DNA of 64,000 nucleotides from a virus. Its lineage: Duplodnaviria; Caudoviricetes. Location: positions 23-64,022 of IMG/VR virus record IMGVR_UViG_3300019889_000014. One strand, given 5' to 3'. Position 1 is the first letter of the stretch. Every line of letters begins with the position of its first letter. The notes beneath the pieces were generated by a model. That model ran no database searches and was not told the origin of the DNA. It saw only the letters and a program-made list of their open reading frames with translations. Both the position numbers and the translations under genes were made by a program. Below, one piece after another: positions 26,865 to 35,901 of this stretch.

Positions 26865-27301
26865 CTACAGTGCCAGTCGCGGTGGAGAGATATCTAAAAT
26901 GCTACGCTTTCTGTCCTGCCGGACGCTCCGACGTTGACCCGGAATCGTGAAATTTTATTGTCAAACGACATTTTTCCGGCCGCCGGGGCTTGCCAAGTCC
27001 CCAAAATGGACACATCGTCAACGGCGGCCGGATCGGGTGGACCCCAAAAAGGGGCCGCCGACCGGCAGGACAGAAGTCGCGGGGGGAGCTTTTCAATCGA
27101 ACATTTTCAGGCACACCATACCCACCACGGGATTCGCGCATGAGGTATCGTCCTTGGCTGGACACGCCGAACTTTGACGTGGTCCACATTCGGAACCGGG
27201 GAGCGCCGGACCGGCATCCCCTTCTCGACTTGTCGCGGGAAGGGGGCACTCCAAGCGCCTCCTCCCGCCCCGGCTTCAACCACAACGGAGGAGGCACTGA
27301 G

Positions 27302-29203
27302 ATGGGCATCAATGGTTCACCCCACGGACCACACGGGCAACCAGGAATAGAGGTCCGAACCTTTCGTCCGCAACCACGGCAGGAAGGCATGACCAGAACG
27401 ACAGACGACGACACCGCTCTCGGCTTGGCCCTGAAAAAGGCTCAGGACAAGAAGGACGAGGAGCGCAAAGCCAAACGGGACGCGAGGCGCCAACAGACAC
27501 AGGACCGCTTGGAAATGCTCCAGGCGAAGTCGGCGCAAGAGCCGAAGCCGAAGAAGCCGGCGCCGCAGCGCCCCGCCTGGGACGGCGACGTTGAAGTCTC
27601 AACACCGCAACTCCAGGCCATCGCGAAGAAGATCGGCGCCCCTGGCACCGAGGAACGCCGCGAGCACATGCGCCGCATTGGCCAGATCGCACGCGACCGG
27701 AAGTCGGGCGACCTCACGGAGGCCGAGCGCAAGGAACGAATGGGCCGGATCGCGAGGGGGGAGAGCCCGAGCGCCCCGCCGTCGCCGCCACAGCGCTACG
27801 TGGAGCCCAAGGCCACGCCCCCGGCTCCCCACGACCCCCGGCTGCTCAACGGCACCCTGGTGCCCTCTGAGCGCGTTGCAGAGCACATCAAGCTGAGCGA
27901 GGCAGCGCCCCAGCCCAAGCCGGTGGTGGAGCGCCCGCTGCAGGAGTCGTCCTTCCCGGTAGGCTGGGCCGAGATCCTGGAGAACGGCAGCCCGACCGCG
28001 ATCCTGGCCACCCGGCAATACTCCCAGCTGAACGACGATGAGAAGGCCGCTTACCACCGCGCCAAGGGCAGGTACATGGAGGCGATCACAGCCGAGGCCG
28101 GCGTCCGCCACCGGCCCCGCCGCCCCCGGATGGCGCTCGACCTCATGTCGCCGTTGGGGCGGACGATCACGACGCTGCGCCTGGAGCGCGCCTGGACCCT
28201 GGCCGAACTGTCGAAGGCGTCGTCGGTGCCGGTGGCCTTCGTCTCGAAGATGCTGAACAAGCGCGCCGACAGCGTCCCGGATGACTATTTGGCGAAGCTC
28301 GCCAGTGCGTTCGGCATCGACGTGCGCGACCTGACGCATCCGGCCAAGCCGAAGGTGCGGGGCAATCGCGATATGACCCCGCCCGAGCGTCTGGCCTTCC
28401 TGATGGGCCGCGCCCATCTCGGCGTTGCTGCGCTCTGTCGATTGGCCGGCCTGAGCCCGTCGACCGTCCAGGCCGCGCTCAAGGGCACCCGGCCGATGTC
28501 GACCTGGACCGCCAAGAAGCTCGCCCCGATCCTGAAGACCTATCCCGCCAAGCTGATGTCGATCCCCACCACCACTGAGGCCACCCCGGAACCGCAGCTC
28601 GAGGACGAGATTGCCGAGGCCGCGGCGCCGGCCCCCGAGTCCGAGGCCGAGGAGCCGACTGTCTCGACCCTCGGTGCCAACATCCGCCGCCTGGCTCAGT
28701 CGATGGGCTTGAGCGATAGGAAGGTGGGACAGAAGGCCGGTCTGTGGCCTTCCGTCGTCCACGACATCCGCCACCGGCCGGGGCGCACGCCGAGCCACGC
28801 CACGCTGGTGAAGTTGGCGACCGCGCTGGACACTACGGTTGAGGGGTTGCTTGGCGAGCAGCCTGAGCCGGCCAGCGTCCCCGGATCGAGCATGGTCGTC
28901 ATCGCCGACACCGCCTATGGCGAGATCGTCGAGGCCGAGGCCGTCACGTTCCTGCCGCGGATCGAGATCGAGAAGGGAGTCCCCGCCCCCTCCTCCTTCA
29001 AGCTCAGGCACGAAATGTACCGGTTCGACGAGTTGGTGAAGGGCGACAGCATCGTGGCCGAAGTGCCTTACGGCATCGAGTGGGGGGTCTTCTACAACCG
29101 CTTCTCGGTCATGGTCGCCAACGCCCAGCACAGGACTCAGCATTTGTATCACTACGAGGCCGCGCACGACCGGAGCCATATCCGGCTCTGGCGCATGCTG
29201 TGA
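27302..29203 (+). CDS. large protein with three XRE HTH domains
   Basis: LRLERAWTLAELSK, LGVAALCRLAGLS, IRRLAQSMGLS..TLVKLATALD; start uncertain (27302 or 27389). Confidence 0.7.
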   Translation: MGINGSPHGPHGQPGIEVRTFRPQPRQEGMTRTTDDDTALGLALKKAQDKKDEERKAKRDARRQQTQDRLEMLQAKSAQEPKPKKPAPQRPAWDGDVEVSTPQLQAIAKKIGAPGTEERREHMRRIGQIARDRKSGDLTEAERKERMGRIARGESPSAPPSPPQRYVEPKATPPAPHDPRLLNGTLVPSERVAEHIKLSEAAPQPKPVVERPLQESSFPVGWAEILENGSPTAILATRQYSQLNDDEKAAYHRAKGRYMEAITAEAGVRHRPRRPRMALDLMSPLGRTITTLRLERAWTLAELSKASSVPVAFVSKMLNKRADSVPDDYLAKLASAFGIDVRDLTHPAKPKVRGNRDMTPPERLAFLMGRAHLGVAALCRLAGLSPSTVQAALKGTRPMSTWTAKKLAPILKTYPAKLMSIPTTTEATPEPQLEDEIAEAAAPAPESEAEEPTVSTLGANIRRLAQSMGLSDRKVGQKAGLWPSVVHDIRHRPGRTPSHATLVKLATALDTTVEGLLGEQPEPASVPGSSMVVIADTAYGEIVEAEAVTFLPRIEIEKGVPAPSSFKLRHEMYRFDELVKGDSIVAEVPYGIEWGVFYNRFSVMVANAQHRTQHLYHYEAAHDRSHIRLWRML

Positions 29204-29213
29204 GGGGGCGGCG

Positions 29214-29555
29214 ATGAACGATGTCCCGCGCCGCATCCGGATCATGACGAACTGCCCGAACTGTGGCGGCACGTCGGACGCCGATCCGGAGTTCGTGAAG
29301 GCTCTGGTCAACGCTGGCAAGCTCCGGGATGCCGAGGTTCACATCATCCGAGCCGAGGCCGCGTATCGGCGGCAACGCCGGCTGCGGAGCGGGACGATCA
29401 TCTCCTTTGCCATCCTCGCCGGTGTGTCCGTGGCCAATGCCGGCTGGCTCTGGTTCAACCCGAGGCCGGTCGACCCGGCCGAACTGGTCGTCGCCAACAT
29501 GATCATCGCGGTCGCGGCCTACTGCGCCGCCTACATTGCGTGGACCTGGAAATGA
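29214..29555 (+). CDS. membrane protein with N-terminal CxxC
   Basis: CPNCG plus two hydrophobic helices. Confidence 0.55.
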   Translation: MNDVPRRIRIMTNCPNCGGTSDADPEFVKALVNAGKLRDAEVHIIRAEAAYRRQRRLRSGTIISFAILAGVSVANAGWLWFNPRPVDPAELVVANMIIAVAAYCAAYIAWTWK

Positions 29556-29773
29556 GCAAGTGGCTGCTGTGGTCGAATGAACGCCGCGCGTTCTGGCGCC
29601 GCGGTGGAGGCGTCACCCGCGATGTTGCCGAGGCATCGCGCTTCACCTTCGATATGGCCGCCACAGTTTGCGCCGCAGCAGCGCAGGCCGACGAACCGCT
29701 GATCAACATCGACGGGCACGAGATGCCGTGGCACGTGCCGATCGCCGCGCCGGAGGAGGAAGCCGATGGATGA
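29552..29773 (+). CDS. small hypothetical phage protein
   Basis: WLLWSNE..AFW..GG.T..V..A.RF. Confidence 0.55.
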   Translation: MSKWLLWSNERRAFWRRGGGVTRDVAEASRFTFDMAATVCAAAAQADEPLINIDGHEMPWHVPIAAPEEEADG

Positions 29774-29932
29774 GACAGAGACGACGGAAGCGCTGGACAT
29801 TGCCTGGCAGGCCGGCGCCGAGGCCATGCGGGATCGCATCGCCAGGCTGCTGTGGCTCGCCAACCAAGATGAGATCGCCACTGCGGTGCAACACACCCCC
29901 ATCCCCAAACCGGGCCAGGCTCTGGACCCGCC

Positions 29933-30133
29933 ATGATGAAGGACGAGGTTCTTGCCGCGCTGGATGCGACCATCGAGCAGCTGGAGGCCCATGGCTGGAA
30001 GGTCCACGGCTTCGCGCTGGCCAGGGGGGAGGATCTGGTCCTCCTCCGTGGCGATGGCGTGGTCGAGTACGTGGGATCTGAACCGTGGCCGCCCGAAGTG
30101 CTGGCCATCATGAAACAAGGGGAGGCGAAGTGA
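29933..30133 (+). CDS. hypothetical protein
   Basis: Packed ORF. Confidence 0.5.
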   Translation: MMKDEVLAALDATIEQLEAHGWKVHGFALARGEDLVLLRGDGVVEYVGSEPWPPEVLAIMKQGEAK

Positions 30134-30333
30134 TGGATTTCGAGGAACGCTTGATGAATCTGATCGACGCCTGGGTCGCAGTCGGCGGCGATATGGATGA
30201 AGTGATCTCGGCGCTGGAACTGCGCCTGATGGCGCTCAAGGAGGAGCAGATGACCGAACTGCGCGCCGAGGTCTCCTACCGAAAGCTGGTCGCCGAGGCT
30301 CTGGTCAAGCGCTCTGAAGGTGGCAAGCCGTGA
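30133..30333 (+). CDS. hypothetical protein
   Basis: GGAGG RBS, TGATG overlap. Confidence 0.55.
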   Translation: MDFEERLMNLIDAWVAVGGDMDEVISALELRLMALKEEQMTELRAEVSYRKLVAEALVKRSEGGKP

Positions 30334-30707
30334 CCGACCCGACCCCGAACCCGGTCTTCGCCCGCAAGCTGGCCGACCTGGTCGAACTGGGCTACCGCCG
30401 CTCCGGCGTGCTGCTGTCGCTGCCGGGCACCGAGCCGGAGCAGCTCGTCGGCATCACCGAGTTCGGCAAGGTCGCGTGGTGGCCGACTTCGGCGCCCAAG
30501 CCCGATGACATGGTCGCCGCGCTGATGGAATGGGTCGCCCGCGAGGACAAGAGCCTGATCGGTGCCATTCAGCACATGGGGATGGCGGTTGGGACGATCC
30601 TGAAGATGCAGCAGGAAATCCGCAACCTGAGCGCCGATGTCGCGCACCACAAGCTCGTGGCCGACAGGCTGCTGGAGCGCGACTATCGGGGGAAGCAGGA
30701 GGAATGA
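30330..30707 (+). CDS. hypothetical protein
   Basis: GTGA overlap. Confidence 0.55.
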   Translation: MTDPTPNPVFARKLADLVELGYRRSGVLLSLPGTEPEQLVGITEFGKVAWWPTSAPKPDDMVAALMEWVAREDKSLIGAIQHMGMAVGTILKMQQEIRNLSADVAHHKLVADRLLERDYRGKQEE

Positions 30708-30928
30708 GCGAGACCTGCAACTGCCCGTCCTGCGGCGCGGCCGGCGCGACCGTCTCAATCCGGCAGCAGGAGTTCGACTACCGGGTGCGCGGGCACGATA
30801 CCGTGACCCTGACCGTCCGGCTTCCGGTCATGATCTGCGAAGCCTGCCGCGAGATGTTCACAGATTGGCGCGCCGACGAGATCCGCGACGCCGCGGTTCG
30901 TGCTGATCGGCTGCGGAGGGGCCTGTAA
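30704..30928 (+). CDS. YgiT/MqsA-type zinc finger protein (no HTH)
   Basis: CPSCG...VRLPVMICEACREMF. Confidence 0.6.
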   Translation: MSETCNCPSCGAAGATVSIRQQEFDYRVRGHDTVTLTVRLPVMICEACREMFTDWRADEIRDAAVRADRLRRGL

Positions 30929-31482
30929 TGGCTGACATCAAAATGCTGCGGGAGATGATCTCCGAGGCGGCGAACGCCCCGATCGACAAGTCCGACTGGG
31001 GCGACGGTCCTTGGCAGACCGAACCGGACACGGCTTTTTGGATCGACGAGCCGACCGGCTTCCCCTGCCATGCCATGCGTCACGTCTATTTTGGCTGCTG
31101 GTGCGGCTACCTGGGCCTGCCGCCGAAGCACCCGTGGTACAGCCTCAAGCGGCGCCACATCCCGCTGATCGGCCCGCGCGTGGTCAACGCTGACGGGTTC
31201 GCTCCCATCGAGCGCGGCACCAAGCCGGTCTACCGCTGGCTCGGCTTCGACTGCATGCACGGTGGCGTTGAAGGTGATTTCGCGCCCGGCATGTGGGCGA
31301 CGACGAAGGCCGCGATGCCGCATTGGGATTCGGACTATCTCGGCACGTACCGCACGCTCGATTGGGTCAAGGAGGGCCTGCAATTCATGGCCGCCCAGGC
31401 GAACGCGCCCGAGGAGTGGCAGGAGATCCGGCGCCGCCTGCAGGCTGCCGGGCTGTGGATCGACACCGAGGGGACCGAATGA
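30928..31482 (+). CDS. conserved hypothetical phage protein
   Basis: WCGYLG.P..HP...WLGFDCMH motif. Confidence 0.7.
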   Translation: MADIKMLREMISEAANAPIDKSDWGDGPWQTEPDTAFWIDEPTGFPCHAMRHVYFGCWCGYLGLPPKHPWYSLKRRHIPLIGPRVVNADGFAPIERGTKPVYRWLGFDCMHGGVEGDFAPGMWATTKAAMPHWDSDYLGTYRTLDWVKEGLQFMAAQANAPEEWQEIRRRLQAAGLWIDTEGTE

Positions 31483-31682
31483 TGGCCGAATTCTGCAATC
31501 AATGCGCCGCTGAGCTGGGCTTCCCGTCCGATTTCGTCGGGGTGACCAGCGAGGAAGCCTGGGCCGCTGGGCGCCCCGCTGTCGTGCTGTGCGAGGGCTG
31601 TGGCCCGATCCAGGTCGACCCGCAGGGCAACTGCGTGTCCGAGAACTGCGAAGGGCGGCACCGGCTGGAGGAGCCGCTATGA
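31479..31682 (+). CDS. small Cys-rich protein
   Basis: FCNQC...LCEGCG...GNC. Confidence 0.6.
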   Translation: MMAEFCNQCAAELGFPSDFVGVTSEEAWAAGRPAVVLCEGCGPIQVDPQGNCVSENCEGRHRLEEPL

Positions 31683-32251
31683 AGATCCCTGTGAAGCTCC
31701 GGGATGCGCGCAAGGACACGATGGCGGAAGCTGAACGGAGCCTTGCCCAGTTCGTCGCCGCTGGCCGGCATGACGAAGCGACGATGCTGCTGGCGTCGAT
31801 CAGGGAAGCCGTCGTGCCCTGCGGCACTTGCACCGCCTGCTGCCGGAGCCCGGTCGAGGTCCGGCCGGACTGCGGCGATAACCTGGCCGACTACGAAACC
31901 GGCATTTACGTGGACACCAGCGCGCCCAACGCGCCGGCCATGGTCACGCTGCTGCAAAAGCCGGATGGTGCCTGCTATGCCCTCAAGGGCGGCCGGTGCT
32001 CGATCTGGAACAAGCGTCCGTACATCTGTCGGCAGTTCGATTGCCGCAAGATCTTCGCCATGCACACCAAGGAGCAGCGGCGCGATCTGGTGAATAAGAA
32101 ATATTTCCACAAGGCCGTGATCGACGCTGGCAAGAAGCGCCTGCACACCCTGGAGAACGCTGATGAACTACGGGCCGCGGCGACCAGACTCAACTATGGC
32201 GCCCGAGGGATGGAATACATGGAGCAGAGCCGCGGGGTGAAGAAGCCGTGA
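31679..32251 (+). CDS. YkgJ-family CxxCxxCC (Zn/Fe chelating) protein
   Basis: CGTCTACC...CYAL..RCSIW..RP..CRQFDC. Confidence 0.8.
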   Translation: MKIPVKLRDARKDTMAEAERSLAQFVAAGRHDEATMLLASIREAVVPCGTCTACCRSPVEVRPDCGDNLADYETGIYVDTSAPNAPAMVTLLQKPDGACYALKGGRCSIWNKRPYICRQFDCRKIFAMHTKEQRRDLVNKKYFHKAVIDAGKKRLHTLENADELRAAATRLNYGARGMEYMEQSRGVKKP

Positions 32252-32502
32252 TCGATTCGCCGTCAACGCCGCGCTTGATGCACATTCTGATCGACACCGA
32301 ATCTGATGTGTTCGAGGAGACGGTGGCCATCCTGCGCGAGCACTTCACCTTGAGCGTTGGGCAAGCCGTCAACATTGCCGGAACCTACGGCCTTGAAGTC
32401 GAGATAACGGGTCACGGCCTCGTCACTCTGCGCCGGCTGTTCGGTGACCGCCTGCATGAGGCGCCCTGGACGGCGCCGAAGATGGAGGAGCGGAAGCCAT
32501 GA
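32248..32502 (+). CDS. hypothetical protein
   Basis: GTGA overlap. Confidence 0.45.
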   Translation: MIDSPSTPRLMHILIDTESDVFEETVAILREHFTLSVGQAVNIAGTYGLEVEITGHGLVTLRRLFGDRLHEAPWTAPKMEERKP

Positions 32503-32744
32503 AGCAGATCGACAGCGTCTGGCTGGCCGTCGCCGAGCATCCCGACGAAGACATTGAGGGGATATGCGCCGTCCAGATCGGCGACGAGTGGATGCCGCTG
32601 ATCGCGGCCGACCCCGAGCGCCTGGAGTTCATCCGAGAGAAGGCTGCCGCCGTTGCCGCGATATCGGGTAAGCGGGTGAAGATCATCCGCCTGACCCAAC
32701 GCGAGGAAGTCGAGATGTTCGACGGCCGGGGGGCGAAGCCATGA
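32499..32744 (+). CDS. hypothetical protein
   Basis: ATGA overlap. Confidence 0.6.
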   Translation: MKQIDSVWLAVAEHPDEDIEGICAVQIGDEWMPLIAADPERLEFIREKAAAVAAISGKRVKIIRLTQREEVEMFDGRGAKP

Positions 32745-32817
32745 CCGAGCGCGAGAGGTGGATGGCGGTGCTGTTCATCGCCTGGTTCGTCTTCATGACG
32801 GTGCTGGTGCTGTCCTG

Positions 32818-33099
32818 ATGGCCAAGACCTTCGGCGACCTGGGGCTGCGCCCACGGGAACTCCAGGTGATCAAATGGTGCCTCTGGGCGCTGACCCAGGT
32901 CGAGAACGGGCACTACCTGTGCTCGCCCGGCCAGATCGCATCGGCCAAGCGGCTCGTTGCCAAGGGTTTCATCACCGACGTGACCAGCGGGGCAGGGTTC
33001 ATACCGCGCGTTCGCGGCGATGGCAGCGACGGGTGGTACGTGGTGAAGCTGACCGAGGAGAACATGGAGACCATGCGAAAGGAGGCGCCGAAGGCATGA
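32818..33099 (+). CDS. hypothetical protein
   Basis: Packed ORF. Confidence 0.5.
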   Translation: MAKTFGDLGLRPRELQVIKWCLWALTQVENGHYLCSPGQIASAKRLVAKGFITDVTSGAGFIPRVRGDGSDGWYVVKLTEENMETMRKEAPKA

Positions 33100-33434
33100 C
33101 GACCGAGGGGCCTCGATACAGCTACGTCCAAGGCATGAACCGAGCGGTCTACATCCTGGACGGCAAGCAGGCTATCGCCTGTGTCTATCGTGACCCGCAG
33201 ACTGGCGAGGTTGGACAGGTTCGACGTGCCGACATGATCGTGACCATGCTTAACCGGCTTGCTCTGTTCGCCGCGCCTCCGGAAGGCACCATGGACCGCT
33301 TCGCCGAAGCCATCGGCGAGATGCTCGGCCAGTTCCGCGCCGTGGGCATGACCAAGGAGGCCATGGCCGAGGCGCTGGGCTTCGAGCTGGACGCCATCGC
33401 ACATGAGATCGAAGCCGAGGAGGGAGAGTCATGA
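33096..33434 (+). CDS. hypothetical protein
   Basis: ATGA overlap, GGAGG RBS. Confidence 0.55.
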   Translation: MTTEGPRYSYVQGMNRAVYILDGKQAIACVYRDPQTGEVGQVRRADMIVTMLNRLALFAAPPEGTMDRFAEAIGEMLGQFRAVGMTKEAMAEALGFELDAIAHEIEAEEGES

Positions 33435-33883
33435 CCGACGACCTGATCTGGAGCGCGAACCGGGTCCGCGAGCTGCTGCAGCGGATTCACGGATACCTGG
33501 ACGAGGAGGAGGCTGCGAAGCCGCCCCTTGGTCACCAGACGTACCACCCGCGCCACCCGACGACGATGCTGGCCGAGGCCGAGGACGTGATCGAAGACCT
33601 GGCCCTGCGCGCCGGGCTGTGGCCGCCGCCGCGCACCGTCCGCAAGACCGACTGGGACAAGGTCGAGGCGACGACCGAGGAGGAGATCGAACGCCAGATC
33701 AAGGAGGACGGCACCGAGCCGGAGTCGATGTTCCCTGACTGGTCACCAGAGAAGCACGTCGAGGCGGCGGCCCACCCGTCGATCACGTGCCCGAAATGCG
33801 GCCTGACCTCCTACAATCTGAACGACATCAAGCACCGGTTCTGCGCACGGTGCGGTTTCCATCAGGATTTCGAGCCAGGATAG
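33431..33883 (+). CDS. hypothetical protein with C-terminal Zn ribbon
   Basis: SITCPKCG.TSYN..D....FC.RC. Confidence 0.6.
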   Translation: MTDDLIWSANRVRELLQRIHGYLDEEEAAKPPLGHQTYHPRHPTTMLAEAEDVIEDLALRAGLWPPPRTVRKTDWDKVEATTEEEIERQIKEDGTEPESMFPDWSPEKHVEAAAHPSITCPKCGLTSYNLNDIKHRFCARCGFHQDFEPG

Positions 33884-33887
33884 CCGG

Positions 33888-34619
33888 ATGCGCAGATACA
33901 CCTATGCCATCGCCGACCTGCACGGACGAGCCGACCTCCTGGAGGAGGCGCTTGCCTCCATCGAAGCGCACGCGCCGTGGCCGAGCAAGGTCGTCTTCCT
34001 GGGCGACTACATCGACCGTGGCCCCAGCAGCCGCCAGATCATCGAGCGCCTGATGGGGGAGCCGCCGGCCGGCTGGACCTGGATTTGCATCAAGGGGAAT
34101 CACGAGGACATGGTGCGCCTGGTCCTGCGCGGCCAGGCCGACCTCGACTGGTGGATCGGCAATGGCGGCCGGCAGACGCTGGAGTCGTATGGGCACGAGC
34201 CGGGCGAGGAGTTGGACGCGACCATCATCCCGATCGCGCACCGGCACTGGCTCTACCATCTCCCGACGCTGCACATCGATAAGCATCGGGTCTTCGTCCA
34301 TGCCGGCGTCGATCCGATGGTCCCGCTTGGCCAGCAGGACGAGTTGACGCTGCTGTGGAGGCTCTACAACGACGACGACGAGCGCGGCCACGGCAGCCGG
34401 CATGTCGTGCATGGGCATCACCAGTTCGCTCACGGCCCACTCCTCATGAAGGGCCGCAGCAACCTGGACACCTATGCCTGGCTGACGGGCCGGATCGTGG
34501 TCGCCGTTTTCGACGACGATGTCCCCGGCGGTCCCGTGGACCTCATCGTGATCGTCGGCGACCCGCACCCGGCGCGGGACATGACCGCGCTGTTGGAGTG
34601 CGAACCAGAGGAGACGTGA
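33888..34619 (+). CDS. Ser/Thr protein phosphatase (metallophosphoesterase)
   Basis: DLHG, GDYIDRG, GNHE, VHAG, VHGH motifs. Confidence 0.9.
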   Translation: MRRYTYAIADLHGRADLLEEALASIEAHAPWPSKVVFLGDYIDRGPSSRQIIERLMGEPPAGWTWICIKGNHEDMVRLVLRGQADLDWWIGNGGRQTLESYGHEPGEELDATIIPIAHRHWLYHLPTLHIDKHRVFVHAGVDPMVPLGQQDELTLLWRLYNDDDERGHGSRHVVHGHHQFAHGPLLMKGRSNLDTYAWLTGRIVVAVFDDDVPGGPVDLIVIVGDPHPARDMTALLECEPEET

Positions 34620-34837
34620 TGACCAGCGCTGAAGACCCGCTATTCGTTCGGCAGCTCGAGGCTCAACTTTTCGCCTGCAAGACCACGGGCGAACGGACTG
34701 TGCTCTTGATGGCCTGGGTTACGGCTGGCGCCACGACGCTGGCCAACGAGAAGGGCCGCGCGTACACGCAGGTTCTCTTGAACAACCTGGCCGAATACAT
34801 CGCCGACACCAGCCAGAATCCGGACTGGCCGACCTGA
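34616..34837 (+). CDS. hypothetical protein
   Basis: GTGA overlap. Confidence 0.5.
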   Translation: MMTSAEDPLFVRQLEAQLFACKTTGERTVLLMAWVTAGATTLANEKGRAYTQVLLNNLAEYIADTSQNPDWPT

Positions 34838-34853
34838 GCCACGGGAGATCGAC

Positions 34854-35135
34854 ATGCACACCAAGGACATCCTCGCCGCCGAACTGCGCAAGGCCGGCCT
34901 GAACGAAATGGCCGATCGCGCGGCGACCGGCTACTACCACGACTTCCTGTCGCCCCTGGCCGCGCCCTGCATGCAGTTGGCCGCCGACCTGGCTGATGCA
35001 GGCACGCCCGAGGCCATGGCCCTGCGCGCCCGGCATCTGAACGGCGAGTTCGATGCGACGATGGAGGAGTCGGAGGAGTGGGCCGCCGGTGCGGAGGGCC
35101 AGGCTGCGTTTGAAAGTCTGCTGCGGAAGGGGTAG
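34854..35135 (+). CDS. conserved hypothetical phage protein
   Basis: GGAG RBS; GYYHDFLS...NGEFDAT.EES. Confidence 0.65.
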   Translation: MHTKDILAAELRKAGLNEMADRAATGYYHDFLSPLAAPCMQLAADLADAGTPEAMALRARHLNGEFDATMEESEEWAAGAEGQAAFESLLRKG

Positions 35136-35143
35136 GATCTGCC

Positions 35144-35220
35144 AGCAGGATGGCGCAGCCCGGTAGCGCGTCAGGCTCATAACCTGAAGGTCAGCGGTTC
35201 GAATCCGCTTCCTGCCTCCA
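35144..35220 (+). tRNA. tRNA-fMet(CAT)
   Basis: Cloverleaf, mismatched 1:72 pair, alphaproteobacterial-type TCAGG-CTCATAA-CCTGA arm, encoded CCA. Confidence 0.85.
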
Positions 35221-35302
35221 GCCCGGTTGGCGGAATGGTAGACGCAGGCCCCTCAAGACGGCCCGCTTTGGCGTGGGAGTTCAAGTCTCTCACCGGGCAC
35301 CA
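35221..35302 (+). tRNA. tRNA-Leu(CAA)
   Basis: GCCCGGT/ACCGGGC acceptor, loop CTCAAGA, variable arm, ACCA; C.C mismatch at base of anticodon stem. Confidence 0.85.
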
Positions 35303-35442
35303 GTTTTCGAGATGGGGTGCGCCGCAAGGCGCCGAGGAACCGGAGATAGCCGCGCCACCATGGCACTGACGCGGCGAAGGCAGCCGGGCCGAAGTGGGCA
35401 CAGCCCAGCCCCGAGATGCTGCGGCACCGATCTCTCGGCGTC

Positions 35443-35514
35443 CGCGCCGGGACGGGATTTGAACCCAGCGTACTCGGCATAAAGAGCCTAGGCGAAACCG
35501 CTTGCCTACCCGGC
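35443..35514 (-). pseudogene. degenerate tRNA-like element on opposite strand
   Basis: GCCGGG/CCCGGC acceptor-like stem, GGC/GCC D stem, GGGTTCAAATCCC T arm; weak anticodon arm, no CCA. Confidence 0.4.
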
Positions 35515-35625
35515 AACGGAGTGCTTTTCACACCCGCAGCATCTGGCATTGTAGCATCTGCGGTGCTATACGGCCGCTATGACCTACGCTCTGCGATACC
35601 GATCGAGTCGGTCCACCTTCTGATT

Positions 35626-35714
35626 GGAAGGGTGGCAGAGCGGTAATGCGTCAGCTTGCTAAGCTGTAGCCGGGGCCAGTCCCTGCGGGAGTTCGATCCT
35701 CCCCCCTTCCGCCA
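35626..35714 (+). tRNA. tRNA-Ser(GCT)
   Basis: GGAAGGG/CCCTTCC acceptor, TTGCTAA loop, long variable arm, GCCA. Confidence 0.9.
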
Positions 35715-35716
35715 AT

Positions 35717-35803
35717 GGAGGGCGCTGCCGGAATGGCTGGCAACTGGTCTTGAAAACCAGGGTGACGCTTGCGTTAGGGGTTCGATCCCTCCGCCCTCCT
35801 CCA
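35717..35803 (+). tRNA. tRNA-Ser(TGA), atypical
   Basis: GGAGGGC/GCCCTCC acceptor, CTGGT-CTTGAAA-ACCAG; G8C9 and U73 are non-standard. Confidence 0.75.
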
Positions 35804-35812
35804 TCTCCCGTT

Positions 35813-35901
35813 GGGCGCCTTTCCCCTCACCGGGCTGTAAACCCGGCGCGTCGTCCGAGAGGGGTTGGCCGCGTGAGGTTCAAATCCTCGGGCGCCCACC
35901 A
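35813..35901 (+). tRNA. tRNA-Tyr(GTA)-like RNA lacking the D-arm
   Basis: GGGCGCC/GGCGCCC acceptor, 10-nt linker, CCGGG-CTGTAAA-CCCGG, 27-nt variable region, TGAGG-TTCAAAT-CCTCG, ACCA. Confidence 0.75.

Noticed and set aside
35340-35400. HDV-like/theta ribozyme, SRP RNA or glycine riboswitch
   Set aside because: Only short word matches (GGCGAA, GAAGGCAGC); required pseudoknot or conserved helices not found
35248-35760. Opal suppressor or Sec tRNA (TCA in Leu loop, TGA in Ser loop)
   Set aside because: Loop register centres CAA (Leu) and TGA (reads UCA, Ser); no stop-codon reassignment evident since TGA is the main stop
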